Part shown: in pieces, positions 18,801 to 30,800 of the stretch
How the letters are laid out: each line of letters opens with the position of its first letter
Numbering within the stretch: the stretch's first letter is position 1
Assembly (NCBI GenBank): GCA_016179745.1
Contig: JACPCP010000017.1
Location: 2,626-66,625, forward strand
DNA from: Candidatus Omnitrophota bacterium
Lineage (GTDB): Bacteria > Omnitrophota > Omnitrophia > Omnitrophales > JACQLI01
Direction: 5' to 3'
Length of the DNA: 64,000 bases
Position numbers and translations under genes: made by a program
Notes under the pieces: model-generated
Told to the model about the DNA's origin: nothing
Databases searched by the model: none
The model's input: the letters and a program-made list of their open reading frames with translations, nothing else

Positions 18801-21800
18801 TCTAAAAGGAGCTCAACAGGCGTTACACGACATGGGGGCCGATCCCCAAAACAAGATTCCCGGGTTCATAAATTATCCAGAAGAGCGAAAAGGGGCCCTT
18901 CAACTTTGGCTTGAGCTGGCAGAAGAAACTTTGAAGAGGTTTACAGAGACTATCGAAAAAGGAAACCGGGGAGAAGCTCTCGAGAGCAGGCAAACGCCAA
19001 CCCTCGAGTGGTTTGAGGCGGTCGGGCATCCTTTTTCAGTGGATCTCAGATTTGGAGCCGGGAGATTGACTCTGAGTCAGCGGGAATCGGTTGAACGTGA
19101 ACTCGGTATGCAAATGGTCGATTCGGTTCCGAGCATGGCTCAAAAACATGGGTTGGACGTCCCCTCTTTGAAATTAGATTGGGCGATTCGTCTGGGTCTC
19201 GAGAGCTTATTTCATCCGAGAAGTCCGCAACAGGGAAAATGGACCTATGAAAATTTAACGGCCTCCCTTTCAAAAAGGCTGGGGAGACCTGTTTCTGTTG
19301 ATGAGATTCAGGAGATCGATTTTTGGGCCCCGAAAGCGGGGGGCGTTATGTTGGTGAACCGTGCCGTAGTGAAACTCAAGGGTGAAGATACGCCGGAGTT
19401 TCTGGTTGTGGATGTCCCGAAGGACCTAGGGCCTTCGAGCGAGCGGGTCAAACGGGAGTATGAAATTCTGAAGCGATGGCATGAGCGTCTTCCCGATCGG
19501 GTCATGGAACCTTACAAGTTGATAACCCTGAGGCTTCGAAATAGCCGCTTTCCTCAAAAGACTTTTCCGCTGCACATCATGATCGGCCGGTGGTTTGAAG
19601 GGTATCTCGAGACCCACATTGTTCCAGACGGGGGTAGTTTTCGGGTGCAAGTGATTCGAGAATGGGGTGACCGGGAAGGCCGTGGCCTTAACGCAGTCGT
19701 GCTCGATTCTGAGCCATCGGACGAATTTTGGGCTGAGATCGCACGTATGAGGACGGTTTTAAGTGATTTCGAAAACGGGACCGTCACCTCGGGTCTCTTT
19801 GCGATTAACGATGGGGCATTCATTGCGGGCTTGGATGGTTCCAATCAGTTGATTCGTGACAATCGAGGACGCCCCGACATAAAGATTATTTCTGTGTCTG
19901 AGCTCCTCCCCTATCCGGAAGAGGTCTTTCCGCTCCTTTTGACCACCGATCAAGCGATGTATCACCGTGACGCCACCCGTCCGGAGGCGGGACGTTTGGT
20001 TCTTTGGAACCGTCCCGAAAAATCCTTTGAGGCCTTTATCCAAGGATACATTGACCAAGTCGGTGAGGGCCTCTCGGGGAAGGATCGGGATGAAGCTGTC
20101 AGGAAACGGCGGGAAGAGGCGCTCCGAATTCTCGAGAAAACCCGTCAACTAAAGCCATTGCAAGAAGGAGGGATACAGATGCGCAATGGAACCCGAGTTT
20201 TCTTTGCCCATCCGCAGATAGCAGGCGGCGAGGTCTTTCAGCCTCTTTTAGAACGGGCCCTGGCGATCCTGCCAAGTTTTATCGAGGCTCAGAGACGGAT
20301 CCTTAAGTCTGGGATGAGGTCCGGCGAAATTGACATTCGAGCGGGAGACATTTTTCGACATTCCAAGAGTCAGAAGATTTTCATTGTCACCGAAGTCGTT
20401 CAAGGCCCTTTGACCGCTAAAATTCAGGACGGAGAGACTGAAGAGACCCGCACTTTAGACCGCAATTCGATCGTCCAGTTTCTTGCCGAGCACACGATTA
20501 CAAGCAAAGCCCGCCGCGCCGAGGTGCGGAACGTGGAGGCAGCGAATAGTCTGACGACTACAAGAAGGGAAAAGAGGGCCCGGCCGGAACGAAATCGCAC
20601 GGGGTTCGGTTCCATTGTCGGCAAACTGAGCTTTAAAGAAGAGGAGTATCGGGACCAACTCATCTCCCGGCTTCATGCCCAAGGACTGAGCGGCCAAGAG
20701 GTCCGTGATTTGGCGAATGCGCTTGTTCGATTCAAAGAAGACTCGCTGGGACAGCGGGCTTCTTTGTTTGCGGAAGGAGAGGGAATAAAAAACATCCTCC
20801 CCTCCGGAGAGTTTGATTTATCGACCTTTGTCGAGCGTCTCAGGAAAGAAAGACAGGCTCATTCGGAAGAATTGAATCCGAATGGGAAGCCCTTGTTCAC
20901 TGACAGAGAAATTCATGAGCTTCTTTTCAAAAGCTTGATTCCCGTTTCCTGGGTTCACGCATTGCGGCGAGAAGGATTGTCAAAGCATAACCTTCTTCGG
21001 GCGTTTGCAAGCTGGGCCGACCCCCTTGGGACTTGGCAGAAGAAAAAGACGCTCCGGGATGATTTGAAGAAGTCTGGTTTTTCCGACAGCGAGGCTACGA
21101 TTGCCGTGATGAACTGGGAACATCCTCAGACGACTTGGAAAAGACTCAGGATAATCCGGGATCAACTGGCGAGCCATCCTCAAAATAAACTGACGCCCAA
21201 AGAGGCCACCATGATCGTAATCACCTGGGGCGACAGAGCGCTTGAGATTTGGAACAAGCGAAGGCGGATCCGGGATCAGTTTATGAGACTTGGACTTGGG
21301 AAGAGCAACTCAAATATCTTAGCCCTCAGGTCGCATCCGGCGGAAATGCTGCGGGCCGTGAACAAGACAGCAGGAAATCTTACACGGGCAGGAATCCGAA
21401 AATTTAAAGAGAACTTTCGTTTTCTCCTCCAGCGCAGCCATGGGGTGGTTCGCCGCTGGCTGAAAGACAGCTCGGACTGGCCCAATCGAAAAATCAACAA
21501 GCTCTTGCGGCCGCTCGGCGACTATCAAAACCGGTATGGCCGTTCTCAACGAAGCAGGGCCGAGGTGCGGACCGCAGAAGGGGGGATGGAGGGGAAGATG
21601 GGGCCTCAACGTTTCCCTCGCCACCTTCGCCCTCCCTTATGGGTTCCGCCAGTGATCTCAGATTTTGTCACCGGGACGGACGGTATGAGGGGAAGCCGGC
21701 CCGTGTCTCCCGCAAGATGGCTGATGGAGATGAAATTGATGTCCGAATTTTCCACTTTGAGACAGAAACTTTTCAACGGGATCGTTGAGCGGCTCGGGCT

Positions 21801-24800
21801 GGATGAGAGCGAATGGACGGAACTGATTCGGGTCATTAACCTGGAATTCGACGAACTTCTTCAAGGGATGGCTGAAGATCATCGATCGCTCCGTAATGCG
21901 GGCTGGGAAGCGGGGATGTCGAGGCGGGACATTTCGGTTTCGGTCCGCAACCTGGATGAGATTAAAGGACTTGTTTTTCTCGGGCTCCACCGGCAAGCGC
22001 AATCGCTGATTGAAAAATATGGCAGCGAGTCTCTGGATGGGGCGGTGGATACTTTGCGTGATGAAATAGCCGGGAAGGCCCCGATCGTCAACTTCATTCT
22101 TAGTTTTTGGGAGCCGGCGTCATTGATCAGGCTAAAAATAAAAAGCCCTGAGCAGTTTAAGCTCCATTTACGACAGATTTCGGAGGTTCTCGATTGGGAA
22201 TTTCAACAGATCAAGGCAAGGGAAGAAAAGTGGATCCAATCAAATTACCTGGTGCGGCTTGAGGGAGGAACGGCCCTCTTCAAGTTTCTGAATCAATTTA
22301 TGAACAGACTGAACCGTCTGGGTCATTCCGACGAGGGCATCGATCGTGCCCTGGAAGGGTTTGAAGACAATCTCTTCCCCCGTTCCGAGGCGAGAAGCAC
22401 ATCTGAAGAAACGGATTCCGATTCTGCCTATTTTGAAAAGCTCACGGGACGTTGGGATCCTTTCTGGAGAAAGTCGTCAGGACGGGAGAACGAAGGGGCC
22501 TTCGCCGGCTCGTATCCCCCGCAGGTCCAAGAGTGGGTGCTTGGGCGGATCGCTCCGTGGGCGGCGCATCACGGAGCGGGGTCGTTTGTGGATTTGGGGT
22601 CGGGAATCGACCTTCATTTGCTTCGTATCATTCAGAAGCAGTTTCCGGCGTATTCTCTCCATGCCCTGGATGTCGTTGAGCCTTCTCTCATTCCGCCCGG
22701 TTTTCAAAACGGGATCCCTTATTGGCGGTCTTTGATGGAGAGGACCCCCTTTGAAACCGGCATGTTTGACGGGGTCCTGTCCACGTTTGCCGCTGAATAC
22801 GGCCGGCTTGAGGAAATTTCCCGGGAGATTCTTCGCATTCTGAAGCCTGCCGGCCTGGGACTTTTGGTGATCCACCATCCCGGTTCCGGAATTGTTGTTG
22901 AAAGGGAAAGAGACGACCAGCGCATCCGTCAAGCGATCCCCCTTCTTCAAGGGGCTTTGTCCCTTCTTCAAAGAGTTGACTTTAATCTTCTGGAGGGCCT
23001 GGAGACGGAAGCAAAAAGAAATGCCGTCCTCTTCCACCGATTGCAGGGGCTCTTTGAAAGCCTGCGTGAAATACAAAGATCGCCTCAGCCGGAGGCAATC
23101 GAGGGACTCAAAAAATCGCTGCAGGAAAGTCTTGAAGCGGGCCCCTTGACACTCTGGGGTCACGAACAGCTTCTGGAGAATATCAGTCGTTTCAAAGTGC
23201 CCCGTGATGTCGAAGAGTTCTTTTCAAGATTTGGATTTTTAGCGCAGGCGACGCTTCTCCGCTGGCCCCGGACTCCTTTCCCCGGCCTTGCTTATGGAGT
23301 TGTTTTAATTCCGGCGGCGGCCGCTCATGCCTTCCGTGCCGAGGCCTCCCGCTCCGAGGCGAGAACGGTTGTTGACGATCTAGATTCGGGAAAGATCGTG
23401 CAAATTGGCAATCGCCTCCCTTCTTATGTTTTCAAAGCCGGACCCAAACGCCTGGTCATGCTTTCTATGGAAAGATTGAATCATATTCGAAAGGAGCACC
23501 AGCCGGCCCCACCAGGAAAGGACGGATTCGAGAAAAATGCCGACATTCCTGACCTCATCAAGAAAGCTTTTCAAAAAGCAGCTGAATCAGCCGTTTCCGC
23601 CAATCGTTTCACCGTCGACTTGGAAGAGCCAATTGGAACCCAGACAGATCGTGAAGGGGCCTCCTATCCGTCCACCAAGATGACCGTTGCGCAGGTTGTT
23701 CTGAAGCGGTCCGGATCGTCAGGGCGGGGTGACCGTAGGAACCCGCGGGATTGGAAGGCTGCCCAAGAGGTCTTTGAGGCATTCGGGTCTGAAATGCCCA
23801 GAGATCAAAAAATACATTTTGTCTTGACTGCTTTTCCGGGCGAGGAGAGAAAACGCCGCGGGTCCCATTCTATGCAAGAAAGGTCAGCCCGTTTGTTACG
23901 ACGGCAGATCTTATCCAGCAAATCTTCTTCCCCCCGCTCCGAAGTGCGGAGTCAAAGCACATCTAAAGAAGAGTCTTTGATCGCTGAGGATTCTGCGGTC
24001 GCAAGGCTGTTTGCAGGAATCGGGTTCGATCTGAGGGTGCCACGTTCTGCGATGCCACGGGGACGAGAGGGAAAAGATGTTTTTCGGGTCCATTGGGTGA
24101 TGTTGCCGGATGAAGCGAGAGCGAGACTTCATCAAATAAGTCGTCTGACTAGTCGTCCCAAGGGAGGCAAAGCCGAGCTTTACCTATTTCAACCCCTACC
24201 GGGTTATAGTCCCATTCTGAGTCGGCTAAAGGGCAGCAAAGATACACCGCTTTTCATTCTCTTCAAAGGGGAGCAGCCCCTCTTTCTGGTTGTGAGTCAT
24301 TTATCATGGGATCAGCTCGACTACACCCATCAGAAGGATTACCTCCGGACGGCGAACGTAGGTGCAAATGTTGCAAGAAAAGAGGTGTTTGCATTGGCTT
24401 ATCTGGTGGAAGCAGCTGAGAAGACAGAAATGACTGAAAGTAAACTTCGCGTCATCCAAGAGGCCGGTAAGTTTTTAAGCCACTGGTTGGGGACAAGGGC
24501 AAATCACTCGTTGAGTGTCATGACGAGAGGCGATCTTTTTAACCGGTTCTCTACAGAATTTGGACCGCAAAATCGTGTTTACATTTTCCCGGGCGCCTTC
24601 GATTACACCTCGATCTCAAGCCAAATCTTCCTCTCGGGCATCCGACCCGAACCGGGTGATTCGGTTCTGGATCTAGGAACCGGGACCCTTATCGGCGCCG
24701 TCAAAGCGGCTGAAGTCCAACTTCAGGCAGGACAGGAAAATCCCGATTCGGTCGGTGAGATTTGGGCGGTCGATCAGGACCCCTTGGCAGTTCAAAACGC

Positions 24801-27800
24801 CCTGTTCAACAGGGGTCGGTTGCCCCAAGAGGTGGCAAGCAAGATCGAGGTTCGGCAGAGCGATCTCTTTCAGAATATCCCGCCGGATAAACGTTTCAAC
24901 CGAATTTATTTCAACCTTCCGGTCGAAACAGAAGGTGCAAAGAATCCAGCTGATTCGAGACTTGCGGTTGACCCCAAAGTGTCTGATCCCGGATCAAAGT
25001 TGCTGGAGAGGTTGCTTAAAGAATCGAAACCATTCCTAAAACCGGGAGGAACCCTCGAAGTGAGCCAGGGTGACTTGCCACATTTCTGGCGACGGGTGTA
25101 TGAAAACGGATGGTTGCCTACGGTGGTTGAAGGATACCAGGTTTCTCGGGGCATGCATCAGCGAGCGCAGATGGAAAAGGGGTTGCCGGATTCCATCCGG
25201 GTCACTCTCGTTCCATCATCAGCAACCGAACCAACCCCTATCACAGACCAGTGGAGAGCAATAGAGAAGCTTCACGATAAGCTCTTGTCTCAGCCCGGGC
25301 TGTCAGATGAAGAAATGGCAGCTCTCCAGGAGATGGAACAGCATTTGCGGGGAGAGGTAGCGGATGTTAATAGTTTCCTCCTGCACAAAGCAGTGAGGTC
25401 GTTTCAGGAGTGGGGCCGTGGCAACTTCGAGTTTGAATACCCAATCGGTTTCACGAAGTTGGAGCGGCGCGCCGAGGTGCGGGAGGAAGGCGGTGTAGAG
25501 TTAAAAGTTAAAAGTGAAAAGGAAAAAGAAGAAAGAAAAAAGGTGCAAGGGGAAAGAGGAGAGGTGGCGGAGGCTGATATAGAAGGATTAAGAGGAGCCG
25601 ATCCCTTCAAGTTTGACGGTCTTAAGAGTCGACTGGTCGGCAAAGCGCCTACGGGCGTCGAGAATTTCGATTCCGGCGATCCGTCCGGCAGAATCAAAGT
25701 CTACGGCGACTCCTTCAGCAACGTGTTTCGTGATAACAGTCGTTTCTTGGAACCGGATGTAGAGCGCATCCACCTTTGGATCGTAAGTAATCCTCACCGC
25801 TTGATCTCCTTCGCTTCAGAAATAATACACGTAAACCGTGACTACGACAATCTCGGACTCTTCCTCGGCAAATATGGGCCGGACTTGTTTGGTCTTGTAA
25901 TGCTTCCCGTTCCACTCTTTTTCGTAGGGATAATCCTTCTTACACTCCAGCCTCCCGAGCTCGGCCGGCTTCCAATCAGCACTTCGGATCGCCTCAAATA
26001 CCTCGGATTCGCCCGTGCCCCGAAAGGCAAGCTGCCGTCGGGCGTGGTCGCTGATAAAAATGGGTTTCCTAGGATGGGCGGGCATGGAGGGGAAGTTAAT
26101 CCAACATTGCTTCAAAGTCAATCTGAATTTAACTTATATAGAACTCCCCGCCGCGCCGAGGTGAGGGGAGAGGGGAAAGACTCACTTGCCGACCTGAGGA
26201 ACTTTGCAAGGATCGTATATATCGCGGAGGAGAAAAAGGAGCCAGACAAGCGGGGTTTGACCCTGTTTATGCGAAGCCGGAAAAATTACCCCTTTCCCGA
26301 TAGTCGGGATTTGGCCGTGGCGGCGGGCCTTTCGCGCACAAGCAGTTCTCGGATCCGGAATGTGGCCAAGGTGCATTATGGAGGGATGGCCAATCTTCAG
26401 GAGAAACTCGGTTATCCAATCAAGGTCAAGGAAGGGGCGCGCTCACTCAAGAGAAGGAAAAACGTGGTGAGGAAGATCTTTGAAGCGGTTCGGAAAAGGG
26501 AGCCTCAAGATGAGGAGGAACTTCGTCGATTTGAGCAGGCCGCCAAAGGGAAAAAAAGACCCCCCGCCGTTTTTCAGATGGGAGAAGACGTCTACCGAGC
26601 TATTCGGATCCATCACGGAGGCGCAGACAAATTTTTCCAAAGCCTCGGTTATGGGCCGAAGAAATCACTTGGCAGTTGGCAAAACTTTCTTGAAGCCCTT
26701 TTTAAAGATTTGCATGGGAGGAATCCGTCTCCGAAAGAACTCAGGGAGTTTCGGAAGAAAAAAAGTCGAAATCGTGTTCTGAAGAAAGCAGATCTTTCAT
26801 CCAGGGTTTTTAATGCCGCCCAGAAATACTACGGTGGAATTACCGGGGTGGCGGGCCGTCTTGGTTTCAAGCTATCGAAATCGTACGAGGGCCGCTCTCT
26901 TGAGGATTGGGGAAATTACGCAAGGGCACTGTATCGGTTCCTTTATGGAAGGAACCCGAGTGAGCGCGCATGGAAGCGGTTCATAGACCCCGCGGTGAAG
27001 AAAAAAGGGAGGCTCCCTCGCTACGAGGATATCCCCTCGGCTCTCAGGAAGGCATTGAGGCATCATGGAGGAATTGGAAAGGCGGCGGCAAGCCTTGGGT
27101 TTAACGATCAGGGCCCAAACCGAACCCGCATGCGTTATTGGCCCAATCTCTTTGAACGGCTTGAACGCCTCTGGCGGGAAGAAGGATATGCCGGGCTCTG
27201 GGAAATGGTGGAAAAAAGTCGGACTACCCGCCGTCTTCGCAAGGCCATTGAGAGTGATTACCCCGGTGGGTTGGCGGGGGTGAAGAGACGGTTCCTTTAC
27301 GAGATGGGGGATCGGGCGGTTCTAATTGCTGAGGAGCTCCTTGGCGAACGGGCGTTTGAAGAGCTTGAATTTTTGAAAGGAGCCTACGATGAACTTGTGA
27401 AAAAAGAGAGGCCCCTTCCTCTTTCCGAGGCGGCGAGAACCCAAGTCGACCAAATGATCTTACGGGCATTCGAAGAAAAAATGGAAATTGACGACCTCCT
27501 TGAACGTTACCGCCTTTCATTTAATGGGAGAAGAAACTACCCCACGCCTGGGGAGGTGGACCAGATGGTCCAAGATGCAGTCCTCAACGGAAATTTCTCA
27601 AATCACCTCAACGCGGCGGCGGACCAGAAAGGAGGCTTGCAGCGGCTGACAGCTCACCAAAGATTGGCTCGTGTATTGGAGTTGGCGAGGGAATCGGAAG
27701 CGACAAGGGCCGCCCTCAAGCATGCCTTCGAGGGCTTGGAACCCGCCGGACGAGAGGGTCTTTTGCGCCGGTTCGTTAAAAGAACTTCGATCGGCGATTT

Positions 27801-30800
27801 GATTCTCGGGATCGCCGGAATCAGTTTGCCTCCCGACGATTTGGAGAGCAGAGTCTCGCAACTTCCCGCTCGTCGCATTATTTTTGTTGATCCACGGCAA
27901 GCATTGAGGCTTGCCGATAAGGCCCAAATTCGTTCGGAGGCCCGGCAGAAACGCACAGAGCGTTACCTCGAAGCGTTTCAAGGAGGCCGGACCTCTTGGA
28001 GTCAGTTTCCATCCCCAGAGAGGGTCCGACTAATTCGAGTTGCCGCGGATGAACTGGGCAAGCCGCCAGGAGAAATGAATACCAGGGATTTTGCCCGAAG
28101 GATTCAGTCCCTCGCTTCACCAAAGTATCCTTACGGCAAGATGTTGGCAGGGCTCTTAGGGCATTATCGCAAGCCCGGCGAGCCCGTGAGTGTGGCGCTG
28201 AAGAGACTTAAGAAGAGATTGCTGGGCATCAACGACTCCCTCCCGCAAAAGAGGGTCTCTTTTAGAATAGGTCTCGGAGCGCTGATGAGGAATGAAAGCT
28301 TATCGCTTCAAAGAATTCCCAAAAAAGCTCAACGTCGCGCCGTTGAATTAATCGCTGGAAAAATGGGTAAAACCCCCGGTCAATTGCGGACCCGTGACGT
28401 TAGGAAGAGCAGCACATTGAGGCGTCTTGTGAATCATTATTGGAAGAAGGAAGAGGGGGAGCTGGCAGCGCTTAAAAGAATGAAAAAGACTTTGGGAATC
28501 TCTCACGAGCCTACCGGAAACGACATTTTCTATGTTTGGAAGGAAAAGTATTCGGACTGGGACCAGGTGAAGGAAATTTTAGGCCTGAATGGGCCACTTC
28601 CACTCAATGAGGAGCAACTCATTAAAATTTCCGAGGAAGAAAGGAAATCCCGAGGAACGGGGGAGAAATGGGGATTTAAAGCATTCCAAGAGGCACTGTT
28701 CACCGAGGTCCGGCGAGGGAATGCGGCGGCGCGAAGCGCTTCCCTCATCTTGCATCAGGGTCTAATCTGGATGGTGGCGAAAAAGGTCTGGCGAATCTCA
28801 AAGAATTTTGGCCTTCCAAAGGGGATCGCATTTGAGGATTTGATCTCGGTTGGAAAGATTGTCCTGGCGAGGGCCGTGGAAAAGTTCAGCGAGAAAAAAA
28901 GGCCCTACCTCTTCTCCTCCTATGCCTATGGCTACCTTAATGCCGCGATGGTCCGGCTCGTAAAAAGGGAGAGAAAGAGGGAGGAAAAATTTCGGGAGAT
29001 CCTGCATGAGCCTTTGAACGGTACAGATGGAGCGACAAGAGCGAGCTTCATTGATGAGGAGAGGAGGATGATTTGGAGAGGAAGGAAAAACGCCAGCCTC
29101 GAACCGTCTGATCTCGTCGACCTCAGACCGGCTGTCGTGACAGCCCTTAAAGACGCAGGCTTCTCAGAGCGAGATATTCGTATCTTCTTCGCTAGGATTG
29201 CTGGCCAGAGGAGGGACGAGATCGGGCTCGAGCACCATATCAGCGGGGTGCGGGTTGGGCAGATTCATCAGAAGGCATTAGGTGTGGTGCAAAGAGCCTT
29301 GGCTGATGGCGTCAATGATGGCGCAAGTTACCGTAACCGCGCCGAGGTGCGGTCTGCTTCGCCCGCCGTGCTGGATGGCGGGCTTCGCAGAACCTGGAAC
29401 ATGGTGTGGGAGGGGCCAGGGGAAGCAAAAGGGCAGGAGAACAGGCAGGTTACTGGTGATGCTTCAGGAAGTAGCGTTCGAGAAGAATCCACACGATCAT
29501 CGCCAGAATCAGGAAAGTTGCCCATACCATGGCAAACATCTTACGCCTCCTCTTTGATTCGGACGTCAGCAAGAGCAATTCCGGCAATGAGAAGCATCGG
29601 TGTTACCATACTGAGCGTTATTCTAAGCCCAATTCCCGTGATTTTGTCAAAAATTCCACCGATTGCCATAGCGATGACGAAAGTTTGGAACAGTGTCAGG
29701 CAGGTCTTAGAGAGAGCCTCGAACCTCTTTTCGGTCCAAAAGGAACGTTTCATGATTGCCGGAAATATATCAATAATTTCCATAATTGTCAATGATGAAC
29801 TTATCCCCTTCAGAGAGCTGGTTCCGCTCTTCCACCGCGCCGAGGTGCGGGAGCCTTCCCAAGCCGGTGTGCCGGTGCAGCAGAGAAAGGATCTGGACCG
29901 CCTTTTTGAGATCCTTGATCGGAATTACTTTCAAGAGGGCGCCTTTCAGGAGAGAATCTCGAAAACCTTGAGAGACCTACCTCGAATTGAAAGCCAGTTT
30001 CCCGATGAATCGGGTCATCCCGATAGCCCCAATTGGAGTGAGAGCATCGCCTTTCACGAAAAGGAAACTGCCCCCGAAATTCTTGAAGCTTTAAAAAGCC
30101 GCCGATTAAACGGCGAGGATCTCACCGGCTTATGGTCCCAGATGGTCGTGGGTTTTCAGATCGATTACTTCAGGCAGGTTCATTCGTGGTTCAAAGTACC
30201 CTTGGAATCTCAAGGTGAGAGAAAAGCCGAGTTGATCGCCGAAATGGGATATTTCCGAACTTTGACCGCATTACTCCTTGCCCTTCAGACGGATCTGGCC
30301 AATGGTCGAGGTGTAGATTTGGCCAAAGAGATTTTGTTGAAACTCCATCAGAAGATCGTCGAAGCCGACCAACGAGGCACCAACCTCTTTACTCGAGCGG
30401 CTCAGACTCTTCCTGAGATGGAGTTGATTGTCACCAGCCTTTATGCCCATTCCCCGACATCGGCCGAACAGCTTCTTTTAATCGGCCTGGCTGAAGAGAA
30501 ATGGCCGGAGCCCCTGCGGAGTGAAATGTTGGCGCTTAAGTTGATACACAAGGTGAATCACCTTGAAATGATTTCGACGATTTCGGACAAACCTCCTATC
30601 AAACTGTATGAAGAGCTTGAGGACCTCCTTATGCTTTCGGACAATGGGATTGATTTCAGAGAATTAAAGGCCAAATTCGAGCCTGTCCTCACGAACTCGG
30701 GAAAGGGAGACCGTCTCGCCCAACAAGCGGTAGGGATGGTCTTACTCTTTTCCCCCGTTCTTTTCCTTGTCCCAAAAAAAAATAGGCCCACGTTTTTCAA

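Noticed and set aside
17596-23163. Other minus-strand ORFs inside the giant ORF (e.g. 17596-18114, 19759-20148, 22477-23163)
   Set aside because: Unlike cassettes A-C, they have no promoter or SD signals, no recognisable families, and compositions typical of antisense frames. The plus-strand translation there looks like genuine protein.
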